A stretch of 64,000 nt of DNA from Rhizodiscina lignyota (taxonomy: Eukaryota): assembly GCA_010015805.1 (NCBI GenBank), contig ML978132.1:310001-374000 (forward strand). Reading direction: 5' to 3'. Within the stretch, counting starts at the first letter, position 1, and each line of letters starts with the position of its first letter. The notes under the pieces are model-generated. The model was not told the origin of the DNA, searched no databases, and worked only from the letters and a program-made list of their open reading frames with translations. Positions 12,019 through 24,100 of the stretch are shown piece by piece. The position numbers and the translations under genes were made by a program.

Positions 12019-13044
12019 ATGCCCAAACGCGTCCTCGTAGGCTACGGCATTGATGTGGATGCCGTGAGCGGCTGGTGCGTTCTGTCTCTTACTAGCAACA
12101 AGATGAAGTGAACTAAGAGAAATGAAAACAGGATCAACACTCAGAATGGCTCTCCCGCAAACCCTACGGACGTGTCACGCGGCATCTTCGGCGCCACGGT
12201 GGGCATCGACCGCCTCCTGAAGCTCTGGGACAAATACAAGATCAAGACGACCTGGTTCGTGCCCGCACACAGCATCGAGTCATTCCCGTCGCAGCTCGCC
12301 AAAGTGCGAGATGCCGGGCATGAGATTGGACTGCACGGCTACACGCACGAGTTTGTGTCGACGCTGAACGAGCAGCAGCAGCGCGATGTGTTGGCCAAGA
12401 GCATCAAGGTGATAACCGACTTTACGGGACAGAAGCCGAGGGGTTGGACGGCGCCGGCGTGGAGTACGAGCAAGGAGACGATCAGTCTGCTGCAGGAGTT
12501 TGGGATCGAATATGATCACAGCTTCATGCATCATGATTGTCAGATGTACAATGTGCCCGACTTGTCGGAGAAGTGGGTCGAGACGGACGTTTCAAAACCG
12601 GCAAGTGAATGGATGACACCAATGACGGCGTTGAAGGCGTCAAGTGTGGTTGAGGTGCCGGCGAATTGGCATCTGGACGGTAAGCTTTATTTCCAAAGCC
12701 TTTCCAAGTTACCATGGAAGCTGACTTGAGAAGATTGGCCTCCAATGCAGTTATCTCTGAAGCAGGCATCAACACATGGATACGTCGATCCACATGTCAT
12801 CGAAAGTATGTGGAAGGAGCAGTTCGAGTTCTTCTATCGTGAATACGACACCTTCGTGTTCCCAATGAGCATACATCCACAAGTCTCTGGGAAGCCGCAG
12901 GTTATCCTCATGCACGAGCGCATCATCGACTGGATTAACAGCCATGAAGGGGTCGAGTGGTGCACGATGGAGCAAATGGTAGCGGAATTCAAGTCAGGGA
13001 AATTTCAGGGAGCGGAGGTCACGGGAGGCGCGCCAGCATCATAA
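12019..13044 (+). CDS. Polysaccharide deacetylase-fold (CE4, HpPgdA/PuuE-like) metal-dependent amidohydrolase
   Basis: GYGIDVDAVSGW (DxD), TTWFVPAHS, EIGLHGYTHE (HxxxH), EYDHS, ANWHLDDWPP and SIHPQVSG. Introns 12075-12131 and 12680-12733. No signal peptide. Confidence 0.9.
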
Positions 13045-13128
13045 TAACATGTCAATCCCATTCAATGAATACTAAATCACACATTTCTGATCGAAGGAAC
13101 TGCATTACAGAGCGTGAAGGGCATAAAT

Positions 13129-14230
13129 TCAAGCAACCACCTGTTGAGTCGTAATCATACTCTCCATCTTCGTCTTAACCGGCGCCTCAATCACAGTCCC
13201 TCCAGCTCCATAGCTCTGTTGATACCTTTTGATACAGTGGTCCTCAACCTTCAGCGGGCCATATTTTGCCTTCTCTCCTTCTGGTACACATCCCGGCAAT
13301 GCCTCTACAATTTGGTCCAGCTTCCCGTCGTTGAAGAATGCACACGAATATCTGTCCGTGTTCGAGAGCGGTGAGATGACACGATGCATCGTGCTGCGAT
13401 AGCGATCGTTTGTCCAGCGCTGCATCAGGTCGCCAATGTTGCAGACGTACGCGCCCTCAATAGGAGGTACGGCATGCCATGTTCCAGTAGGCTTGTGAAG
13501 CACCTCGAGGCCACCAACTGTATCTTGGAGGAGCAAGGTGAGTGCTCCAAAGTCTGTATGAGCACCGACTCCTCTTGTGCGGCCAGTGGCGTCCTTCGGC
13601 GTGGGTGGATAGTGGTGTGATCTGCAAAGACAGATACCTGCGAGCGTCAGACTGGAGCACCAGACGCAAAATTGTCCATCTGCACTTACCATCTGGATCG
13701 GCGGCGAACTCGTCGAAATGTTTCTCATCCAGGTCCAAACTCAGCGCTATCAACCTGAATACATTCTTGCTCAGCGAATGCACGGCATCGAAATACTCCA
13801 TATAGGTTTCTCTGAATGTGCTCATTCCGGGCAAACTTGGATCTGGCCATTGGTTTGGTCCAGCCAGGAACCTGCCTAACGGCCGTTCGGGCCTGATAGA
13901 GAAGCCCTCTTTCTGGTCCTCAGTGGCATTATCGTCAAGCTCATCGAGCTTCTGGCCTGCGATGCGCTCGTACCCGCGGTAGCATGGCGAATTGTCTTGG
14001 GCGATCCTCTTCTTCGCTTCTAGAGGCAGCTTGAAGAAGGCGGTGACAGCAGCAAGGAAGCGCGCTTGAATATCTGGAGAGACGGAGTGACCGACGATCT
14101 GGAGAAAGCCTTGGTTTTCGTATGCGTCGCGAACTTCAGCCGCGCATGCCTTCTTCGCAGCCTGATCCCCAGTGAGGTATCCGCTGATGTCGACGATTGG
14201 AATCTTAACGGTAGGCACTTCAGTCGCCAT
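13129..14230 (-). CDS. 2-oxoglutarate/Fe(II)-dependent dioxygenase (DIOX_N + 2OG-FeII_Oxy; IPNS/flavonol synthase superfamily)
   Basis: IPIVDIS, GFLQIVGHSV, HTDFGALTLLLQD (HxD), NIGDLMQRWTND, STMHRV and RYS. Intron 13689-13638. Confidence 0.93.
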
Positions 14231-14516
14231 TTTTCAACAAAGTATAATCAAGTCTGAAGTCAATGCTACATGGCCGTGTCCCTCCGTATTCAAAGGAGAT
14301 AAAATAGTGCCGCTATCAAGGTCTAGCCCTCAATACCAGAGACATGGAGCTAGAGATCCCCCGGAAAACGTGCGCCTGATAATACCCACATCGAATGCAT
14401 AAGTTGAATCCACGGACATAGGCGCAGAAGCCGAGACTGGGGAAGCGACGCAAGCGCTGATAACTCAACGCTCAGGACTGGCTCTGACAAAGGAGATCTG
14501 CGTAATCTAATTCCTC

Positions 14517-14530
14517 AACGGACCATCCGA
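14517..14530 (+). promoter_or_regulatory. Candidate Zn2Cys6 site AACGG-N5-CCGA in the dioxygenase/transporter divergent promoter
   Basis: AACGGACCATCCGA. The same promoter has six HGATAR sites (14297, 14313, 14377, 14458, 14633, 14821). Confidence 0.5.
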
Positions 14531-14640
14531 CCGGTTAAGGCTATGGAGGCCGCGATATCGATTGGGCTAATTGAAAAGAGATCGGATGTTAGTACGCTGT
14601 ACGTTGAAACTAACTGAGGTTGTGCTACCGCGCTATCAGC

Positions 14641-14711
14641 GCTAACGGACAATCACGCGCGCTAACGGACAAGCACGCGCACTAACGGACAAGCACGCGC
14701 GCTAACGGACA
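14641..14711. repeat. 20-bp minisatellite, about 3.5 copies
   Basis: Unit GCTAACGGACAAGCACGCGC at 14641, 14661, 14681 and a partial copy at 14701, with single mismatches. Confidence 0.95.
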
Positions 14712-14939
14712 TCGGCGCCGCATTACTTGAAAGGATCCCTGAAAGGCGCAGATGGCGGCAAAGTCGGCGCGAACAACGTTTTGTGGGCCTGCCGTTGCGC
14801 TCTGATACGGAGGGGGAAAGTTATCAGAGTCATGTTGCCGGGGAATATACTTAAGATGAAATCCGAGCAAGGCCTACTCCTTCAGGAGTATTAACATTAC
14901 TTGTCCTCACATTGGACGCTCGAACCAATTGTCGCAACA

Positions 14940-16587
14940 ATGTTCAAGTTCAGAGAAGGGAAGAAGCCCATCAAAATTCCAGGTGTGCCTGAGCTGCGGC
15001 TGCATTCACCCTTCTGGCAAAAGTAAGCCTTCACCTTCAACTCAGTCGCTTTGTTGCGTGCACGAAAACAATTGTATTGACATTGTGGTAGTGTGATCAT
15101 CGGCATTCTCATTGGCCTTACTGCTGGTCTTTACGTTGCTTTGAATTTGCTGGGAGCAGGTGGTGGTCGGTAAGTCGGGAAATGAATTCTAGAAAACATT
15201 ACACCTTTTAACATTTGTAGGCCAAACTCTGCTCAAACTGTCCAAGTCGTCAATGCCACTCTCTGCGCAGTATGGTTCTTCAGTGCGTCGTTCGGCGGAA
15301 CTGTCCTGAATCTCATCGGGCCTGCAATTACAGCATGTCTGGGTGTCATTGGCTACATTCTCTACGTCGGCTCCCTCTGGTACTTCGACCAGACCGGTAA
15401 AGAAGGATTCCCCATCTTCGCCGGCGTCTGCATTGGCCTTTCTGCAGGCTTGATCTTCGTTACCATGGGATATATCGCCATGTCGTATTCTGAAGAGCAA
15501 GACCGCGGAATGTACATTACAATGTCCATCAACCTGCAGGCGATTGGAGCATGCGTCGGCGGTATCATTCCAGTCATCATTAACCGGAACTCGACCGAAT
15601 CGGCCGGTGTACCCTCCCCGGTATACATTGTCTTCATGGTGATGATGGGCGTGGGTGCAGTAATGGCTTTCCTCCTCATGCCGCCGTCAAAGATCCGTCG
15701 AGACGATGGTACAGTGGTCGGACTGGTTAAAGCAAGAGGGTTCGTCGACGAATTCAAGGCTAATCTCGAGGTGTTCCGGGACTGGAAGCTCCTCATTATG
15801 ATACCTGCCTTCCTGCCAGCAGAGTGCTTCTTGGTATACGGAGGCTCTGTGAACGCCTTCCGCAACGGCCTCCGCGCGCGTTCTCTGCTTTCGTTCCTCG
15901 CTGTTGTACTGCAAATTCCATGTGGATACGGGCTGCAGAAGATCCTCGATCACAAGGTGTGGAAACGTCGCACAAGAGCTTTGATTGGTCTGGTGGTCGT
16001 TGCTGTTCCATTGATGGCAGCTTGGATCTGGGAGATCATTCGCACCAGGAACTACGACAGGTCAAACCCGCCCACAAAGCCCCTCGACTGGAATGAGCCT
16101 GAATTTGGTCCTATCTTTGTGTTGTTCATGTTGAACTGGATTTCGGGATCTCTGTGGCAATACATTATCCTCTATTATCTTGGTTGCCTAACGAATTCAC
16201 CAAGAAAGAGCGCCAATTATGCGGTAAGTAAAGAAAAATGTCCTGAAGCGCAATCACCGCTGACAGAAGTGACAGGGTGTCTTCCGAGGTATCCTTGGTG
16301 CCGGTGAAGCCATATGTTTCGGCGTTGATTCTATCGCCGTCCCGTATATGAAGGAAGCTGGAGTAATCTTTGCATTCTACGCAACTGGTGTCTTGGTGTT
16401 CCTGTACTTGGGCATGTATCATATCAGAGAGACCGAGTACTTCGCCGGCGAGGAAGATGTTGTCATTCCGAAGCACGTCCTAGAAGAGCACGCGGTGGAA
16501 GCTGCTGCTTTGGAGGAGAGAAGAAACAGCGTAATTGTTGGAGAGGAGAAAATTCAGACTGGTGAGAAGGGTTCGATTGAGGTTTAA
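14940..16587 (+). CDS. UNC-93-like MFS transporter
   Basis: Multi-exon hydrophobic protein with LYVALNLLGAGG, NATLCAVWFF, YIAMSYSEEQDRGMY, RRDDGT and NAFRNGLRARSL, typical of fungal UNC-93-like MFS proteins. Confidence 0.88.
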
Positions 16588-16686
16588 ACTTTTGGATGCC
16601 TGGATTAGGCTCTATCATTAAATTTTCATGTCAAACATAGCTCATGAGACATCTTTTGAAAACGCAATGGCCAGACTGCGTGCGCC

Positions 16687-18686
16687 CTATGGGTTGTAGA
16701 ATGGAGTTTCTTCGTCCATGCCAAAGTCGAACTCGGCATTCCAATCCATTGGAACATGAGAATAGAAACTCATACTCATAGTCTCATCCGCACCAGTTCC
16801 AGAAGCATTGAAGAGAGTCCCAAAATTGAGAGCGTCTTCCAGACTCGTAGCATCATCAATGCCGATCGGACCGACGAGCTCATCAATGGTAGACGCTTGT
16901 TCGGATAACCTTCGTGCCTTTTGCACGAGGAAATCGACAAAGTCTTTCTTGACTGGTGCAAGGAGTCTCTCATACTCTTCTAGACACCTAGATGCGGCTG
17001 GCCATCGCTCCGCAACGGTTGCAAAGAGACGCGAGAAGGCGCTCATGTATGATTCCACCTGCTCCAGAGTATATAGTGCTGCTATCTCACCCTTGAAGCG
17101 CTGCAAGGCCTGGAGAAAGACTACAGCGGACGAGAATGTATGATGGCACGGATGGAAAACATATTTGCTGTTCCCAAAATCAAGGTTGGCCTGTTGCCAA
17201 TATCCCGTCGCCACTTCGACCGCCGCAGCAAACGCTTTGATGAGATTCTCAGCTGAGGGCTCTTTGATCCGAGGGCATGGCCTGAATAGTGTAACGAGGA
17301 TGTATGCCGTTGCGATCCCGGCGTACAGGGTCATCTCGTTCCACTGCGATCTTGTTCCAGTGTCGGTACCCTGTGCAGCAGCATCATGCACCTCAGCCTT
17401 CCAGTCGAGAATCTTATGTTCTTGATACGACATCCATGAGTCCAGAGACTCGAATTCCGAAGGCACAGCCTCATTGTGAAATAATACCGGGACAATATCG
17501 CTCTCAACCTGACGAAAGCGCCAGATGTACTGAGACGTGAACTTTGTAGTCTTCCCATTCGGATCTATCCCGTGTGTGGATATGGCGCTATCTTCGACTT
17601 GTGAAGGAAATGATGTCGTAATGTATTTTTGGAGAATAGTTATTGGTCGTAGTAGCGCTCCGCATACGGCGATTTCCATTTCCCACGCACACCAGAAGAT
17701 ACGGCGCCGCATGTCCCGTTCTAGAGTAGAGACAGATCGATGGTACGGGAGCTCCTGGTGCAGTCCAAGATCGATGCAAGCCTGACTCGTGAACCCTGTC
17801 AAGAGCCAGAGATTGGCAACACTAGGATTCAGAAATGCATACTGCATGAGCAATAGAAGAGCTTGGAGCCCCTGCAAATCGTTTGAGGCAACATTGGGGA
17901 CCTGTTCCATTGCGTTCTTGAATAAACCGGAAGCGATAGAGTTTGCGCGTGCCTGCTTCGTACGTGCTGCAGTAGATAGAGATATCGCCATGATTAAGCT
18001 GAGTGTGAAGACTTCGTACGGGTTTATTGACGGCTTAGGTTGTCCGGCGAACTCGGTACCGTGGAAGACCGTGTTTTGCATCCGGATCAGATCTGGTAGA
18101 TAGAAAATGGGGTGTTGAGGCACAACACGCGTTACATAGTTATCGAACAGAAAGTCTGCAACATGGACAGGTATCGAAGATAGCGGGGTCGTTGTTGGCT
18201 GTGGATTCATGATACTTCTTGGATGATGTTCATCGATGTCGTTGACTGCTCCAAATACCTTTCGGGCCGACGGTAGTCGAGTCCCAGCTACCACACATCG
18301 AGCCAGAGGCACCGTTGCTGAAAGTCCTAGGAAAGAAGGTGTGAGATCCTCCATGAGTTTATTGACGGCCGGGTTTGTAAAAGAATCCTCTGCAGCTTTG
18401 CTACACTACGTTAGTTCGCTATTGGCCTACAAGTATCGTGGTGCTGTCCGTACCCTTGGAGACTTTGACGAGATGTCTCACGCTCCATCTCCGCAATCTG
18501 TGTCTCCAGATACTGTGCTATACTCCGAGGTACAGCCTGCTTTGTCGCCGAATCCATTCCAACACAGTGAACTCCAGCGTCCAGACATCGCGTACAAGAT
18601 GGAGACCTCGCGTCGCAGTGAACCTTCCTCACTCTGCAACGAGCGCATGCCAGAGCACGCCGCCGGACTCGCGGCTGAGACGCCAT
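16687..18686 (-). CDS. Zn(II)2Cys6 transcription factor, UaY/Ppr1-like
   Basis: ACARCRVRKVHCDARSPSCTRC..C followed by the VGMDSATKQAVPRSIAQYLE linker resembling UaY/Ppr1. Intron 18453-18401. MHR motif CIDLGLH..MRRRIFWCAW. Confidence 0.92.
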
Positions 18687-19004
18687 TGTGCGAGCGGTTA
18701 TGGGGGTAGTGTGAAAAGAGCATAGTTTATTTGAAAAGGTCGAAACTGAGCCATCGAACCCTTATCAAGAAGGGGCTAAGCAGCCATCCCGAATCCGACG
18801 CGGTCGGAAGACGCGCTCCACGCGTGCAAACTCCGGCGACACTTGGGTGGGAGAGCATGTCGAAGCCTTGATATAAGATCCCTAGAGTCCCAGGGAAGAC
18901 GCAGACGAGACGCTTAGTCGGCGGGGCGTAGATGGCTACCTAACGAGTTACGAGTCGTGCAAAGAGGAGCACAGGAGGCCGACTGATACGAGCGAGACCC
19001 TCGA

Positions 19005-19017
19005 TCGGCCTCGCCGT
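19005..19017 (-). promoter_or_regulatory. Candidate Zn2Cys6 site ACGG-N5-CCGA in the TF/TF divergent promoter
   Basis: Plus strand TCGGCCTCGCCGT, which is ACGGCGAGGCCGA on the minus strand. Confidence 0.4.
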
Positions 19018-19265
19018 CCGGATTGGGCAAACTGCCGGCATTAGGTAAAAGCTCCGTGGCGCAACCCCAACTTCTATCACCGGACCCACGCCGATAAGTA
19101 TCGATGTATCTGACAAGTCTGACGAATAGCATCGTCTTCTACGAGCTGCGGTGGATAGCTCCGTCCGGCGCCAAGTTGTGGGCGATGCTGTTCTTTTCTC
19201 CCTTGCTTCGTTCACTCTCATGCCACCGAGTATGCTATGAAACTCTGAGGCCTCTCTCGCCATAG

Positions 19266-20847
19266 ATGCTCGCGGCGCCTCGAAGCAATGGGATCTTGGA
19301 CCTGGAAACCCTGCTATCGGCATTGCCAGCATGCAAGCGATGTCGAAGCAATCGTCGAAGGTACTCGAGGCTCACAACGAGCGTGACGAGGGCTAATCTT
19401 CGCAGATGCGATACGAAGCTAAATTCATGCGACAATTGTGCGAAAGCAGGAGTCGAGTGCACATTTTACGACCATATTCTCGAAGAAGAGCTACCTCGAG
19501 GGTATTCTGCACCACCCAGGTCGACGACAGACGTCCTTGCTAATCTTGCGCAGTTACATTGCCTCTCTCGTAGACCACCTGAAGCGAGGCCGACCCTCTC
19601 CTCGTTCGAATGTAGAGTCGGCTGGAACTAGCGTCAAATCCAGCGAATCCGACTCCGGAGTCCCCTGCGAAGTTTCCCATAATTTTGCGTATACCAAAGG
19701 CGCTTATCGATTTCTTGGAGATGGCTCTCCACTTTCCACAGTCCGAGAACAACCTCGAGCTCATGAACCCACAAACGGGGATTCTTCTCCGGCACTGGTG
19801 ATCCCAGAGATCAAGAGCGAGTACTATGTCGACACTGAATTGCACCAATTCCTAGTTCAAACATTCTTCAAGACCATCAACCAAGTGTACTCAATACTAG
19901 AGCCCGACGCGTCGTTCTTATCGCACGAGAGTGGCTCTGACGAGGATCTTCCGCCAACGCAACAATTTGTCCTCCAGCTTGTCTATGCAATTGGCTGTCA
20001 TTGTGTACCAGAATTTAACCCTAAGCTGATATCCCTGGCTCATGCGTGTCATCATCGCGCCCTCCAGCACATAGAAACCGCGACCGCCGAACCCACCATC
20101 GTCACCCTCCAAGCGATCACGCTTCTGGCCGTCTACTCGCTCTTTGAGCCCGAACAGGGCAATTTCAGCCAGCAGATTGGATTCGCCGTACGACTTGCAA
20201 TCGATCTAGCCGGATCCGAGACCTTTGACGCGCCTCCGCTTCTCACGACTCTCCAAACGGTCATCTACTGTCTCGAAAATCTAGTCTGTAGCGTTCTAGT
20301 AAGACCGACATCCCTTCAAGAACCGGCACGGCCGGCGACCTTCGACATCAACGACCCATTAGAGTTTCTGTGCTCACTATGTCGAGCGCAAAAGCACATC
20401 CAAAACGGAGACTTGGAGCCATATATGCGCGAGGCGATCCTCAACATCGACGGGAACACCCTCGACCCTCTGCTCCCCAACGTTACTGCCGTCTTCTGGC
20501 AAACTCGGTTAATGCTAGAAGACTGCTCGTCCAATGCGTCAATCTTGATAGGGACATACTGCCGCCCGGGTTTCATCCCAACGTTTCTTACCGCACATTG
20601 GATAAATAGAGCAACACGGAAGGTGATAGAGGGATACCACAGCTCAGACGGCGTGGAAAAAGAGAGCTTGCTCTATTCGTATAGCAGTGCTATTCATCTG
20701 CTGGGCTCTTTGTCGACTAGATGGGCGGGTTCGAAGATAATTGCTGAGGAGCTTCAGAGCGTGATGAGAGAGGGTGGCAAAGGCAATTTAGGACCAGACT
20801 TTCGCAGTGATACCATTCAAGTTGTACGCAGCGTGGACAGCTCATAA
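19266..20847 (+). CDS. Zn(II)2Cys6 transcription factor (short, Ppr1-like linker)
   Basis: ACKRCRSNRRR|CDTKLNSCDNC..C after removal of intron 19361-19405, then YDHILEEELPRGYIASL. The long second ORF has an MHR-like region. Confidence 0.88.
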
Positions 20848-21111
20848 ATGTACACCTATACACGCACAGCAAAGAATAGACTTGGGAGCAAAAACAGTTT
20901 TGTTGCAGACTAGTCTATAAGTGAAACAAGGCACACATGCTCCGTCCCAATCTAGTGATACACGAACGACCGGACATTGATCTAAAGAAACACCCCCATG
21001 CTACTGTACCGCACCCATATTGTTGCTTCCCACTGCTATCCGACCATTTATTTTTGTTGACATCCACCAGTCACAAAGGCAGTACTCCATACCTCCATAC
21101 TACTGAAACAA

Positions 21112-24100
21112 CTATCCCAAACCCCCATCCACCTGACCATCAGCAACCGCAAGCCTCTGCTTAATAGTCTTCGCCTTCTTGGACAGACCGCCCTTCCTGC
21201 CTCTCTTCCCGCCAGGCGCGGGGGCGTCAGGCACAGAAATCGGCGTCGCGGCACCGCTCGGTTTGGCCGAGGCGTCGTCGAAGTGTCCCTCGCCTGTAGA
21301 CACTGTTAGTTACCTTCATCACCAAGTGATATAATATCAGACTCACCTTCATGATACATATCATCCAAACTAACGTTCTTCTTCACCAGCGCACCCTTCC
21401 TCTTCCTCGTCGGGCCCTCTCTCGCCTCGCGCTCCGCAATCTCCTTCTCCTTCGCCTCGATCTGCTCCGCCGTCTCGTCGTCCGCCAGCCACATCGCGAT
21501 GTCCTTCGTGCGATTCTCGCGATCGCGCTGGCGTCCGAACTCGACTTGGCGGCCCTCGCCGCCGGCCTGTCCAGAAATGACGACGCGCTGCACTTCTTCC
21601 TTCTGTAGCGCACGCTTGCGGATGCGCTCTTCGATCGTGCCGCGTGTGATGAGACGGTATACGGTGACTTGCTTCGTCTGGCCGAGACGATGCGCGCGGT
21701 CCATGGCCTGCGAGTCGATGGTCGGGTTCCAGTCGGAGTCGTAGAAGATGACGGTGTCGGCGGAGGTCAGGTTGATACCCAGACCACCGGCTCGGGTAGA
21801 GAGTAAAAACACGAAAATCTCCGGGCGGGTCTGGAAGTCTGCGACGGTGTCGCGACGGTCCTCGAGCTTGGTGGAACCATCCAGACGCACGAATTTGTAG
21901 TTGCGATAGGTGAGGTATTCTTCCATTAGGTCAATCATGCGTGTCATCTGGAAGTAAAGCAGGACTCTATGCCCTCCTTCCTTGAGCTTGCGGAGTAGAG
22001 CGTCGAGCATGGCAAGCTTGCCAGAGTCTGTGACGAAGCGGCGCATGCTTGGGACGGTGACGTCGGTGTACCGCTTCCTCGTGCTGTCAGGCGAGGGAAG
22101 CAAATTTGTGACCGGCCACAAGTTCTGGTCAACATTCTTTTCCAAAAGCAGTTCTTCGGTCTTCTCGCTGATACCGAACAGTGCTGTGCGAATCGTTGGG
22201 TTGAAGAAAGCGGCTTTCTTTTCTGCCAGGAGGCCTTGGCTAGAAGCGTAAAACTCGATAGGCGGTGCAGAGGCAGCTGGCCTTGCGCAAGGCTCGATAA
22301 CCGGAAGCCCGCTATCCACATATGCAGATTGCGAGACATTAAGCAGGCTATGCATGCGGCCATCGGTGGTGACATCCGCGAGAGGCTGGCGATCATTCCG
22401 CCCAACAATATTGAACAGCGCATGCGTTGGAGTATAGTTCTCCTCATCGTCATACACCTTGAACTTAGCCAAGTCGCGGCCCTTGCGCTTCAACTCCATC
22501 GCACGAAATGCGAGGCCCGTCCTTGCTAAACGCGCCGCTTCGCCCGGAGACACATCAGCGAATCTAAGCCACGAGAATGCACCGTTCTCCTTCTCGCTCT
22601 GACGAATGTACTCCGGCTCCCAGATGTTCATGAGATGGTTGAGGTACTTGCCCCTCCAGCCCGCCTTCTCATTTTCATTGCTGGCGAGATCAAGCCTGCC
22701 ATCTTCCCAAGCTAGGCGGCGTGGAAGAGAGTATTCGATACAGTTCTTCACAGAATACGGAACTTGAAGATTCTGGCCTTCGCGCATGAAGCTTGCTGTC
22801 TCCGCCCACGTGCTAAAGCTGAACGGGCTGGTGGTTTCTGCGCGTTCGAAGAGGTCGGGATGGTTGCAGACTTTCCTAAACTGCATGACGAGATTCATGA
22901 GCGTTGCAGTGTCCTGCTCGTCTCCCACTGCAGCTTTCTCAATGAGCTCCATGATGCTAATCTTGTTGCGCAGATTAGTGTAGTAGGCACGTTGTCGGTA
23001 AGTCAGATCGCAGAAGACGTCTTCTTCAATCTTATCACCAAGCTCCTTCTGCACATGCTTCTTGATACGACGCAACATGAAGGGCTTCAGAATCATGTGC
23101 AGACGCTTGAGCTGATCCTCATTCAGCTTAGTGTTAGACTGCGCATGGCTCTCAATGTCCTTCGAGAACCAGTCGCTGAACTCGTCGTGGCTGTCGAAGA
23201 GACTCGGCATGATAAAGTGCAGCAAAGCCCACAATTCCTGCATGTTGTTCTGGATCGGGGTACCAGTAAGTAGCAGGCGGTTCCTGCAGTGGAATCCGAG
23301 CAAGCTCTTCCACCGACTCGAATTCGATGATTTGATGGCCTGAGCCTCGTCCAAAATCATGTACTGCCACTTCATCTTTTGGAAGTATGCTGTATCTTGC
23401 ACCACGAGTTGGTAGCTCGTCACCATGACATGGAACTCAGCGCTCTCTTTGTAGGTAATATGCTTTCGGTCCCAGCTCTTCCTCAGAGTTTTACGCTCTT
23501 TCGCTGTCCCCCAGTATGGTAGAACCTTCATATTTGGCACGAACTTGGAGATCTCCTGATGCCAATTATGCAATGTCGAAGCCGGGGCAATGACAAGGAA
23601 TGGACCCCAGATGTTGTGCGTCTCAGCAAGGTAAGCCATGACGGAGATTGATTGGACAGTCTTTCCGAGACCCATCTCATCTGCGAGAATGCCGTTGATT
23701 CCTTGCTCGTAGAGGTTGACGAGCCAATTGAGGCCCTTAAGCTGGTACTCCTTCAGCTGACAAGAGAGCATTTTCGGCTGTGCGATGTCCATGGACTGCA
23801 AGCTGGTGGGATTCTGGAAATTCATTTCGCCTTCATCGTCCATGCCTTCCCCAACTGCATCGCCATTGAACTGTCTGGCCTTATCCTGGGCCTCTTGGAC
23901 CGCATTTTGTGCATTTGCCATGGCAGCTGCATGCAGTGCGGATTCGTCTTCAGCATCAAAGTCCAGATCCTCAAAGTTTGTGACTCTCGCGGGAAGCCCA
24001 GAACCAGCAACCGACCCCGGAAGATCAACAGTATGCGCATCCTTATCGCCAGGCCGGATCTTCTCATTAGAAGTTGCAACACTGGCATCTCCGCCATTCA

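Noticed and set aside
10400..14230. Penicillin/beta-lactam biosynthetic cluster (IAT-like + IPNS-like genes)
   Set aside because: No ACV synthetase/NRPS in the window, the dioxygenase shows only superfamily-level motifs, and the C45 protein lacks a peroxisomal signal.
14641..14711. CRISPR-like array
   Set aside because: The units are contiguous with no unique spacers, there are no cas genes, and the context is eukaryotic.
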